Positions 10,496 through 19,148 are shown, counted from the first letter of the stretch. The stretch is 64,000 nt of DNA from an uncultured archaeon (GCA_964486045.1 CAZALK010000001.1:64001-128000), one strand, 5' to 3'. A program made the numbers and translations. The notes: generated by a model from the sequence alone, not told the origin.

Positions 10496-12178
10496 ATGTC
10501 AAACAGAAAACAAATTTATTTCATATTTTCTATAAAGAATTTGTTAATTGTATTGCTAATTATTTCACTTATAATTCCAGTTTTTGTGGGAAATTTAAAA
10601 AACAAAACTATATACGATGATCAACCTTCTGAAAGTGCTCTCAGCAGTAGTGAGTTCACAAAAGATAATTATAGTGCTATATTGACCGAAGATGATCATG
10701 GATTAGGATCTGTTTCAGTTGATGATATGCATTTTCCCCTACATCCATGGGGTATTGTAAATCATACTGAATTCTATCCTCTACTTGACAATGATTGGTC
10801 ATCAGGGGCTTTAACCATGGAGGAACCTAAAATTGATTTCATTGAAACTATCAAACCAGCCATTAATGACAATATAAATGGCACCAATATAATCACGATC
10901 ACCGTCAAATTAAATGAAAGTATGTCTGTTTCATATAATAACTCACAGGAAGGTTATCTGATCTACTTTCCTCGTTTTTCTCGAGCAAAACTACTGGAAT
11001 TTTATGTAAATGACGGTAATTCTATAATTAAACTGACTGAAGGAATAAACTATACAATAGATGAAACTGGATTTCTTGTTTTCTATTATGAGGACTATTT
11101 CCAACAAGGATCAATCTTTAATTTTAAAATGGACCTAATTTGGGAATATGATCTTGCTCTTGGGGATTGGACATTGGATCAAAGGGAAGAAACTCCTTTA
11201 ATAATGAGGGAATCTGAGCAAGAATTTACTTCACGATTTACTTACCAATTCTTCCTAATAGGATGGGCAGTAACCTCAAATCTGGAAGAATCCCAGCCAT
11301 TTGACTATATAAATGCTGCTTTAACAATACACCCCCCGGATAAGGATTTATTGACTTATCAAGACTTTATCATTAATGGGGATGATGTGAATATTAATAA
11401 TTATGTAAATCCTGATAAAAGTATTAGTATTGAATTATCTGATTTGTTCGGACTAAACAGAAGTTTTATCTCGTTGAATTTTACTTTTCCTTTTAGTTTA
11501 AAGTTTGGAGAATCAGTTGGAAACTCTTGGGCTATTGACAGACTTGTAGCTGAGAGGAATATAAGGGAGAGAATTTACTTTATTTCAATATCTACTGGCC
11601 CAACACATGTTTTTTTGAAGAATGTAGCACTTTATGACACTGGGATTCTTATTGATGAAGTTTTAGGTGCTAACTCGTTATTCAATAGAGAGGTTCTCTT
11701 TTTTGATGCAAATGCTTCAGTTCCGAGACAGTCGGGTTTGAAAGTGAATATGCCGTATCTGATATTTGGTGAAACATGCCCGTTTACGATCAAATATCTC
11801 GCTACACAGACACTTAATATCATCGTTACGGATGTAATTAAAATGCCATTAGTAGGAGTTACTATTGAAATCCTTCTTTTTGGGGCAATGTACGGAACAT
11901 ATGTTTCCAACAAGAGTATACAACCAATTAACCCGGGTATAACTGATGTAAATGGGCAAGTTGTGTTAGATGATGTTCCTCGTGGAAATTATACTGTGAG
12001 AGTGATATGGCAAGGAAAAGTAGTAAAAGAAACCACTGTTACAACAGATAAGGAAATAAATTATGTTTTTACAAGTGTTCCTCATTTCCCTCTTTGGATA
12101 TTAATTTTTGGGATGACAAGTGGAATTATTTTAGCTGTAGGTGCCATACTCTATCTTAAAAATAAAAAATTTCGTTAA
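10496..12178 (+). CDS. Secreted, C-terminally membrane-anchored protein with a carboxypeptidase-regulatory-like beta-sandwich
   Basis: N-terminal hydrophobic signal, many N-x-S/T sequons, TDVNG..L..VPRGNYTV motif, C-terminal TM helix plus KNKKFR. Confidence 0.7.
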   Translation: MSNRKQIYFIFSIKNLLIVLLIISLIIPVFVGNLKNKTIYDDQPSESALSSSEFTKDNYSAILTEDDHGLGSVSVDDMHFPLHPWGIVNHTEFYPLLDNDWSSGALTMEEPKIDFIETIKPAINDNINGTNIITITVKLNESMSVSYNNSQEGYLIYFPRFSRAKLLEFYVNDGNSIIKLTEGINYTIDETGFLVFYYEDYFQQGSIFNFKMDLIWEYDLALGDWTLDQREETPLIMRESEQEFTSRFTYQFFLIGWAVTSNLEESQPFDYINAALTIHPPDKDLLTYQDFIINGDDVNINNYVNPDKSISIELSDLFGLNRSFISLNFTFPFSLKFGESVGNSWAIDRLVAERNIRERIYFISISTGPTHVFLKNVALYDTGILIDEVLGANSLFNREVLFFDANASVPRQSGLKVNMPYLIFGETCPFTIKYLATQTLNIIVTDVIKMPLVGVTIEILLFGAMYGTYVSNKSIQPINPGITDVNGQVVLDDVPRGNYTVRVIWQGKVVKETTVTTDKEINYVFTSVPHFPLWILIFGMTSGIILAVGAILYLKNKKFR

Positions 12179-12184
12179 TTCATA

Positions 12185-12511
12185 TTGATCGTTATTTTTT
12201 GTGATAATATTGATGATTTCATTATATTTTTAGACAAACGTACTATGAATGAGATATTTTACGAGTTTAAAGAAATCACAAGTGATTCTCTTGCCAGTCA
12301 AATAAATATCGAAATTATTCTTCATTTTCTTGCCAAAGTAGAAAGTACTATGATTTTATTCGAAACTAAACAAAACATTACGAAATCAAAAAACTCTGAT
12401 ATTGATATTGAAGTAGTAAAAACATTAAAAAGTTTATTTGGGAGTGTTGACCCGTCATTAAGACTAATTAAGGGAAAGATACGAGAAATTTTTCTCTCAT
12501 TTTCTTCATAG
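12185..12511 (+). CDS. Hypothetical protein
   Basis: 108-aa ORF 6 nt after the upstream stop, probably co-transcribed. Confidence 0.6.
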   Translation: MIVIFCDNIDDFIIFLDKRTMNEIFYEFKEITSDSLASQINIEIILHFLAKVESTMILFETKQNITKSKNSDIDIEVVKTLKSLFGSVDPSLRLIKGKIREIFLSFSS

Positions 12512-12549
12512 ATTTGGTGTATCTTTTACTTTTAACCGTTTGTTTTTTG

Positions 12550-14154
12550 CTAATTATGGTTTATTGCTTCACCATAACCTATTAAACGATAACGTCTATT
12601 TATGATTCGAGATATTGCGTATATGAAATCTTCAGGAGGACAGATAGGTGGTGTGAGTTTTATTATTGTACTGTTCTTCAAAATTTTTGTCACAGTTCCG
12701 GCTGTTTTTTCAGTTCCAACAACTAATAGCAATTTTTCACCATGTTTAAGTGGTTGAACCTTCATTTGAACTTCTGATCCAATTACGTTATCTAACAGAT
12801 TGACTTTTAATTCAATTTCTTTAAGGATCTCGGGGAGCGTTCCTGGTTTTCCAACTAAATTTCCAATTAGATGATCACCTTTGGTTAATGCTGGATCTAA
12901 ATTCGTACCTAAACCAATCAGCCCACCAGGTTTAGCTCTTTTTAATTGTTTAGTTCCCTGGCTAATGCTTACAACATTTGATTTGATTGGGATATATTCA
13001 TCTTTAATGTGTATACCAGGCTTTATTTCGATTTGAGATCCAATTTCAACATTACCTTTCAGAACAGAACCCCCAATCACTCCACCTTGTAAATCTACAA
13101 GTGCCTTTCCAGGTTTATTAATATCAAATGACCGTGCAATTAAAAATTGAAAAGTTTCCGACTCATTAAATGTAGGAGTGGGGATTATTTCCTCAAAAGC
13201 TCTAACGACTAAATTTAAGTTAGCTTCAAAAACTGCCGAGAGTGGTATGATCGGAGCATTTTCCGCAACAGTCCCTTTTACAAATTCTTTAATCTGTTGA
13301 AAATTCTCTAAAGCTTGGTCTCGGGAAACAGCATCAATTTTATTCTGTAAAATGATAATTCTTTTAATCCCTGCAATATTTAATGCAGCTAAATGCTCGC
13401 GTGTTTGAGGTTGGGGGCATGATTCATCTGCAGCTATTAGTAAGCAAGCCCCATCCATTAATGAGGCACCACTTAACATAGTTGCCATTAAAATCTCGTG
13501 ACCCGGTGCGTCAACAAAAGATATATTTCTTTTAAACTCTAAATTCCTTTTACATTTTTGACATGTAAACCGAGGTTGACCTTTTGCTCTTCTCTGCTCG
13601 ATTAAATGAGCCGTAGTATATTCATCACAGGCAGGACAATACAGAATTGTGGCATTAGAATAGCCAAGTTTTATTGAAATGCCCCTTTCTTGCTCTTCAG
13701 AATGTCGGTCAGTCCAATCTCCAGTTAAAGATTTAATAAGAGTTGTTTTTCCATGGTCTACATGCCCAACAAGCCCAATATTGCATTCTGCTTGTTGTCC
13801 TATCAAATCTTTTATTTTTTTTCCCTTATCTTTTGAAGCCGATTTTAGCTTAGCTTTCATTGTTGGTTTCGGTTTAGGAATTGGTTTAGACTTAGGAGTT
13901 GGTATTGATTTTTTACTTTTTTTTTCTGCTACAGATGTAGTGGATTTTTCTTTTTCGCTTATTTCTTCAAGGAATTTTTTTGCTTTTGCTATAATTTTTT
14001 CAGCAGTTGCTTTACCAACACCTTTAATTTTTAACTTTACTAAATCTACGATCTTTATTCTAACTAATTTTTCAATTGAATCTATCCCAGCCGCTTTCAT
14101 TTTGTCTGCGAGGGTTTTCCCAATTCCTGATACATCTTCTAATTCAAAAGACAT
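12550..14154 (-). CDS. eif2g: Translation initiation factor aIF2 gamma subunit with N-terminal HhH domain and Lys/Pro-rich linker
   Basis: QAECNIGLVGHVDHGKTT, RGISIKLGY, zinc knuckle CPAC..CQKC, DAPGHE, QPQTREH, NKID, RSFDINKPG and RLIGYG; about 120 extra N-terminal aa. Confidence 0.95.
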   Translation of the reverse strand: MSFELEDVSGIGKTLADKMKAAGIDSIEKLVRIKIVDLVKLKIKGVGKATAEKIIAKAKKFLEEISEKEKSTTSVAEKKSKKSIPTPKSKPIPKPKPTMKAKLKSASKDKGKKIKDLIGQQAECNIGLVGHVDHGKTTLIKSLTGDWTDRHSEEQERGISIKLGYSNATILYCPACDEYTTAHLIEQRRAKGQPRFTCQKCKRNLEFKRNISFVDAPGHEILMATMLSGASLMDGACLLIAADESCPQPQTREHLAALNIAGIKRIIILQNKIDAVSRDQALENFQQIKEFVKGTVAENAPIIPLSAVFEANLNLVVRAFEEIIPTPTFNESETFQFLIARSFDINKPGKALVDLQGGVIGGSVLKGNVEIGSQIEIKPGIHIKDEYIPIKSNVVSISQGTKQLKRAKPGGLIGLGTNLDPALTKGDHLIGNLVGKPGTLPEILKEIELKVNLLDNVIGSEVQMKVQPLKHGEKLLLVVGTEKTAGTVTKILKNSTIIKLTPPICPPEDFIYAISRIINRRYRLIGYGEAINHN

Positions 14155-14278
14155 TTTGGTATAAAATCTAAGTATTGTAACTGCCGTATAATTAGTTTCC
14201 TATAAAAGATAAGTAAAGATTTTTTATTAAATTAATCAATAAACCGTTTTAATTTATAAAAATTTAAGTAAAAATTAT

Positions 14279-14497
14279 CTATCTAGTTTGAATTGTAGTT
14301 TTACCGCCAGATTTCTTTTCTAGCTCCTTATATGAAACTCTCAAAAGGCTATCTACATAGAAAGTTGATAATTTATTACAAGTGTGACACGTAATATAAA
14401 AAGGGGCCGGATATTGGCTAGAATCTATATCTTTCGTTTCAATATTAAACGTAATTTTATTATTACAGTGTGGGCAGGTGTTGAATCTCAAAGGCAT
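14279..14497 (-). CDS. Small zinc-finger protein
   Basis: CPHC...CHTC in 72 aa. Confidence 0.6.
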   Translation of the reverse strand: MPLRFNTCPHCNNKITFNIETKDIDSSQYPAPFYITCHTCNKLSTFYVDSLLRVSYKELEKKSGGKTTIQTR

Positions 14498-14603
14498 GAT
14501 ATAATAATCCGACTTTTTCTTTTTATAATAAATAGATTCTTATTCTTTTTTTATTATTTCTTAAATTAAATAAAAGTTAAATACATTTTATTATTGAGAT
14601 TAA

Positions 14604-16796
14604 ATGTTAAATTTCTATTCAAAGAAGCTCAAATTTTTTTGCATATTCCTTTTGATTTTTTTACCGATTATTGGCTTAACCTTTAAAATTTCTTCTCATA
14701 ACATGAAAACAGCAAATCGTTTAGAAGTAAATCCTTCCATAAGCGGATATCCTGAAGTCGATTTATCATTTATCCCTGAAACTGATTATAGTTACTTAAA
14801 TGATTCATGGTATAATCCCAAAATTGAAATGTTGATTATTTCACCGAATGAAAATTTTTCTGCCGAGTTAAACCGCTTAATGGAGTGGAAAAATGAAAAA
14901 GGAGTAAAAACCGTAATTTTGGACGATTTTTCATTATATGAAGGCGTAGATAAGGCAGAAAAAATCAGAAATATGATTAAAACTTATTATGAGAAAGAAA
15001 ATATACAATGGGTTCTTTTAGCAGGTGATGCTCAAGACGATTTGATTCCAATTAGAGAAGTTTATAATCCCGATGTTATTAGGTACCAACCCTCAACAAG
15101 AGAATCTGTTGGTGGTGAGAATTATAAACCTACGGATCTTTATTATGCCGATTTGACAGGTAGCTGGGATAGTGATGGGGATGGTAATTGGGGGGAAGCT
15201 CCTCAAGATAATTCATTTGGATTAGACGAAATCTCATGGATTCCGGAAGTTTATGTTGGACGATTTCCAGCAAACGATGTTAACGAACTTGGAATAATGG
15301 TTAATAAAACATTAAAATATGAAATTGATCCGTTTATTGGCCCTTGGTTGAATAAAATGCTGTTAGCTGGTGCGATTTCAGGCTTAACTCCATCAGTAGA
15401 GGATGAAGCAGTTCTAATGTCATATATTTCTAGTAACTACGTGCAAAATGAGATGGATTTCACTCATTTACATAGAACCGTTTCACCTTATGATCCCCCA
15501 GTACCTCCTGCACCAAACCGTCAAGAAGGTCTTACAAAGGAGAATATCTTTGATGAGATGAATTTAGGATATTCTACTGCTATTATTGGAAGTCATGGAT
15601 ATTTTTTAAATTTTCAGGACAGTTATGGTGGAAATATTTTAACCCTTCAACAAGTCAATGCCTTAACTAACACTAATATGCCTTTTTTATTCTATGGTGA
15701 TGCTTGTACTACCTCCAGTTATGATATTAATGATAATAGTATTGGGGAAGCATTGATAAAGAAAGATAATGCAGGTGCGATTGGAGTGATAGGTTCATTA
15801 AGAGTTAGTTGGTATTTTGAAGAGGATTATAGTCTAGCGGCGTTAAATCGGGGGAATGCAAAATTATTTTGGAAAGAGTTCTTTGAAAATAAAAAATTTC
15901 AACAAGGAAGAGCTTTATATGATTCAAAAGTCGCATATATCAACAGCGATTATTATAAAATTGGAAGTCAAATAGGAGATAAAATTATACAAGGATCAAC
16001 TATTTATGATTATGAACGTAAAAACTTATTAACATATAACCTCTTAGGTGATCCTGAGGTTGATATTTACACAAATATACCACAAAACGCATCAAATCCT
16101 TTTAATATGAGCATTTATGAAGGACAATTAATTTCAGTTATTATTAAAGATATAAATGGTAAAATTATTCCCCGCGCTAGAGTTCACTTAGAAAGCTCTG
16201 ATGGTAAAGATTATACTGAATATGCTGACGAAAATGGATTACTGAAGCTTCAACTTCTAACCCAAGAAAATGAAACTTATAATGTAACAATAACTGGTCA
16301 CAACCTGAAACGATCTTCATTTAATTTTACCACAATTCCCGATAATGATAAACCTGAATTACGCAAGTTGACACGCACTCCTAAACATCCCTTCACTTCA
16401 GATAAAATAACATTCGATATTGATGTTGTTGATAATTATTCGGGAATAGAAAGTGTATATTTGATTCTCTCTAAAGATAATTTTACAACTTTTAACTACT
16501 ACTCTCTCTCAAATATTCTCTTAGAGAATAATGATAATTTAGCAATTACTATTGATCAATTATTTTCAGGGGATTACTCCTTCCTCATTTATGCAAGAGA
16601 TTATGCAAATAATACGAATATTTTTTATAATGACAGTTTCAGATTTTCTATCCCAAAACCTATTATGGACTATATTCTCCCTGTTTCTTTGGTAGTTATT
16701 ATTGGAATTACTGGAATTTCTAGTTATGTCTTATTTAAAGGTATGAAGAAACATTCTCTTATGAGTAGGGATCCAGAATCATCTGAAGTGATTTAG
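14604..16796 (+). CDS. Peptidase C25 (gingipain) family secreted cysteine protease
   Basis: Signal peptide, WVLLAGD, TDLYYADL, VYVGRFP, catalytic SHG and DACTT, YNLLGDPE; C-terminal TM anchor. Confidence 0.88.
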   Translation: MLNFYSKKLKFFCIFLLIFLPIIGLTFKISSHNMKTANRLEVNPSISGYPEVDLSFIPETDYSYLNDSWYNPKIEMLIISPNENFSAELNRLMEWKNEKGVKTVILDDFSLYEGVDKAEKIRNMIKTYYEKENIQWVLLAGDAQDDLIPIREVYNPDVIRYQPSTRESVGGENYKPTDLYYADLTGSWDSDGDGNWGEAPQDNSFGLDEISWIPEVYVGRFPANDVNELGIMVNKTLKYEIDPFIGPWLNKMLLAGAISGLTPSVEDEAVLMSYISSNYVQNEMDFTHLHRTVSPYDPPVPPAPNRQEGLTKENIFDEMNLGYSTAIIGSHGYFLNFQDSYGGNILTLQQVNALTNTNMPFLFYGDACTTSSYDINDNSIGEALIKKDNAGAIGVIGSLRVSWYFEEDYSLAALNRGNAKLFWKEFFENKKFQQGRALYDSKVAYINSDYYKIGSQIGDKIIQGSTIYDYERKNLLTYNLLGDPEVDIYTNIPQNASNPFNMSIYEGQLISVIIKDINGKIIPRARVHLESSDGKDYTEYADENGLLKLQLLTQENETYNVTITGHNLKRSSFNFTTIPDNDKPELRKLTRTPKHPFTSDKITFDIDVVDNYSGIESVYLILSKDNFTTFNYYSLSNILLENNDNLAITIDQLFSGDYSFLIYARDYANNTNIFYNDSFRFSIPKPIMDYILPVSLVVIIGITGISSYVLFKGMKKHSLMSRDPESSEVI

Positions 16797-16942
16797 GAGT
16801 TTTTTTGGCTATTAAGGTTTAAGCCAAAGGAAGTACCATTCTAGGTAAGCTAAGTCAGCTTTTAAAATGGATTCTAATCATAAATAGAAAATTTAAATTA
16901 CTCGTTTTATTTAATAGTTTATAAAAAAAGAAAATAGCAACA

Positions 16943-17635
16943 ATGAAAAGAAGGAAAATTAAAGCTCCGATTAAACGAGTAAAAGAACACTCGACTAAGA
17001 GAAAAATCATTGTAACCGTAATATTACTTGGATTAGCCTTCTCTGGAGCCTTTATAGTATATTTCTTTATGCAAGTAGTTTTAAACACTAAAACTCCGAT
17101 GGTAGTAGTTGTTTCAGAAAGCATGAGACCTAATTTACTCGAAGGAGATTTGCTATTTTTAAGAGGAGTCAATCCAGAAACAATAAGGAATGGTACAATT
17201 GAAGGAAAAGAGGGGGATATAATTGTGTTTGATGCGCGTGGATTACAAGGCTTTAATGACGACTTAGTAGATCCTATCGTTCATAGAGTTATTGATAAGG
17301 AATATGACAATGGCTGGTTTTTTTTGACAAAGGGGGATCACAATGATCACCCTGATCAGGGGTGGGTTCCAGAAACGAGAATATTAGGAGTAGTCGTAGG
17401 TAGAATTCCGTATATTGGTTGGGTAAAAATCATTCTTACTAACTCAGGACTATTAATTCCGTTGTTAGTAATTGTCTCCATTTTACTTGTTGTAAGTGTA
17501 GTATGGGATATTGTTAAGAAAGACCCAGATAAAACAAGTGAAGATGCTAAAAATATGATTTACGATGAGAAGAAAATAAAAACGGTAATTGAATTTGATT
17601 TTACCAAGTCCGAAGAACATAAACCTTTCGAGTAA
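16943..17635 (+). CDS. Signal peptidase I (Sec11/SPC18 type)
   Basis: N-terminal TM, VVVSESMRP (Ser), IVHRVI (His), TKGDHN, GRIPYIGW. Confidence 0.93.
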   Translation: MKRRKIKAPIKRVKEHSTKRKIIVTVILLGLAFSGAFIVYFFMQVVLNTKTPMVVVVSESMRPNLLEGDLLFLRGVNPETIRNGTIEGKEGDIIVFDARGLQGFNDDLVDPIVHRVIDKEYDNGWFFLTKGDHNDHPDQGWVPETRILGVVVGRIPYIGWVKIILTNSGLLIPLLVIVSILLVVSVVWDIVKKDPDKTSEDAKNMIYDEKKIKTVIEFDFTKSEEHKPFE

Positions 17636-17741
17636 AAAATAATGGTCTTAACACTTCTAACAATTATCATCATTAACGTTTTGATATTCTTCGTATTTTT
17701 TGTTCTTGTAATATTAACATTCTTGCCAATTTAAACTCTTT

Positions 17742-18033
17742 TTCACCAAAGAAAATTTTATAGGTTATTCAAATTATTTGAGGAAATAATCCCAGGTTAT
17801 CAATCAATATTGATCAATTATTCTCAGGTGATTACATATTCTTTATTCTGGTAAGAGATTCTGCGAACAGTACTCAAAAATTTCTGGACATTGCTTTCAA
17901 ATTTAATATTCCAACACCTATAATAGATTATATTTTTCTTATCTCTTTAATCTTTATTGTTGGAATAACTGGAATTTCTACTTTCCTAGTTTATAAAGGT
18001 ATAAGGAAATATCCGAGTACTTTTGGAAATTAA
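17742..18033 (+). pseudogene. Remnant of the 3' end of a peptidase C25 paralog
   Basis: 17782-18033 translates ..INIDQLFSGDYIFFILVRDSAN..IPTPIIDYI..VGITGIS..YKGIRK*, matching the C-terminus of 14604-16796 (..ITIDQLFSGDYSFLIYARDYAN..IPKPIMDYI..IGITGIS..FKGMKK); no start, frameshifted upstream. Confidence 0.8.
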
Positions 18034-18184
18034 GAATGAATTTCTTAGGTTAATTAGAATGACTTGAATCCTTTCTTTTTCCAGATAAAGTAAATGTAAA
18101 ATTGAATTAATTATTCCAAAGATACTAAATCAAAAAAATAGCTACAAGTTCGTTTTTAACCTTTTAAATTTAACCTTTCTAATG

Positions 18185-18200
18185 AAAAAATTTAATTATT
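18185..18200 (+). promoter_or_regulatory. Putative BRE/TATA promoter of the 5S rRNA precursor
   Basis: A-rich run followed by TTTAATTA just upstream of the structured leader (starting about 18225). Confidence 0.3.
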
Positions 18201-18420
18201 AAGCTTTATTATTTCTATTTACTTTTTACCAAATAAGAAGGTATTTACCAAGTAAATAACCAGACTTATTGGATGGTAAAATTGTGGTTTTATGACCACA
18301 TAAATAGATAACGTTAAGTTAAGCGCTGGAAGTTAAACTTATTCGCGTTGTAGATAGTACTGCAGTTGATATCTGTGGGAAACTACAAACTGTGAGTTCG
18401 CTCACGGTCATGGTGATTTA

Positions 18421-18464
18421 GGATAATACCCGGTCCCATTGGGGCAGGGATAATACCCGGTCCC
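18421..18464 (+). repeat. 17-bp direct repeat GGATAATACCCGGTCCC (exon copy and intron copy)
   Basis: Identical copies at 18421-18437 and 18448-18464. Confidence 0.95.
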
Positions 18465-18470
18465 GGGAAA
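18440..18470 (+). other. Predicted 31-nt BHB/BHL-type intron in loop C of the 5S rRNA
   Basis: 4-bp helix tccc(18434-37)/ggga(18465-68), bulges att and aa(c), and an internal hairpin ggggc-a-ggg/ccc-g-gtccc. Confidence 0.7.
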
Positions 18471-18605
18471 CCGAACCCGGAAACGCTTATTTATGTGGTT
18501 ATATAAAACTTACTTACTGATATTATATATTTTTGATTAAAAATAATTTTTTTATGTGATCAATTATGATATAGATCATAATAATTAGTGCTAAGGTAAA
18601 AGAAT

Positions 18606-19148
18606 TTGCCTAAAAAATACATTGTTTTTTTTAAAACTATTGGTCGGAAATGGTTCGCTTTTCTTGTGATAATCATCGTAATTATTGCTTTTTTTAACCT
18701 AATTGCAGCAATCTGGATGGCTGCTATTACTATAGTATTGTTTGCTTTATCATATATTCCTAGATTTTTCTTTAAAAATAAATTACACAAATTCATGAAG
18801 GGGTTTTATAAAATCGAAGACGAGCTAATCGCACGGAAGCTCAGAAAACCTCTTGAGAAAGTTAGAGAAGAAATGTTTGAATTGTCGCAAAATCAAGAGA
18901 AAAGAAAATGGTTAATTGTATTTTTAAATAAACAGTATATATACTACCATATTGAAACTATTGATGTATTTAAAAAAGTCTACAATAAGGGATATACTGA
19001 AAAGGAGATACTCGATAATTTAAAAGATTACAAAGTAAATACCAGGATGGAAATAAAAGCGATAAGTGAGAATTTAATAAAACTTAAAAGGCTTAACGAG
19101 AGAGAAATCTCAGTAAAAGAACGTAAACAAAAGCAGAGATTTACGTAG
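18606..19148 (+). CDS. Hypothetical membrane protein
   Basis: Two N-terminal hydrophobic helices and a basic soluble C-terminal domain. Confidence 0.7.
   Translation: MPKKYIVFFKTIGRKWFAFLVIIIVIIAFFNLIAAIWMAAITIVLFALSYIPRFFFKNKLHKFMKGFYKIEDELIARKLRKPLEKVREEMFELSQNQEKRKWLIVFLNKQYIYYHIETIDVFKKVYNKGYTEKEILDNLKDYKVNTRMEIKAISENLIKLKRLNEREISVKERKQKQRFT

Larger units (their letters stand above)
18332..18482 (+). rRNA. rrf: 5S rRNA gene, circularly permuted and intron-containing
   Basis: 3' half (GTTAAAC..loop E AGTA/GGAA..CTGTGAG, 18332-18396), then TTCG, then 5' half (CTCACGGTCAT..ACCCGGTCCCAT, 18401-18439), then CCGAACCCGGAA (18471-18482); all five 5S helices can be drawn; the rearranged length is 116 nt plus a 4-nt linker. 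Confidence 0.9.
18287..18509 (+). repeat. Inverted repeat forming a processing stem around the 5S gene
   Basis: accacataaata (18295-18306) is the exact reverse complement of tatttatgtggt (18488-18499), extendable to gttttat/ataaaac; inner taagcg (18320-25)/cgctta (18484-89). Confidence 0.8.

Noticed and set aside
13679-14164. Antisense ORFs in the ORF track (e.g. 13679-14164, 9005-9280, 24810-25241, 45581-45940, 48105-48434, 63530-63862)
   Set aside because: They are shadows of well-supported genes on the opposite strand and have no recognisable motifs.
18421-18464. 17-bp direct repeat as a mini-CRISPR or IS target duplication
   Set aside because: Only two copies 10 bp apart, no cas or transposase genes, and the repeat is 5S rRNA sequence.
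18287-18509. MITE, SRP RNA or RNase P RNA interpretation of the inverted-repeat-bounded element
   Set aside because: The interior matches 5S hallmarks (CCGAAC, GAAGTTAA, loop E AGTA/GAA) and is too short for, and lacks the motifs of, archaeal SRP or RNase P RNA.
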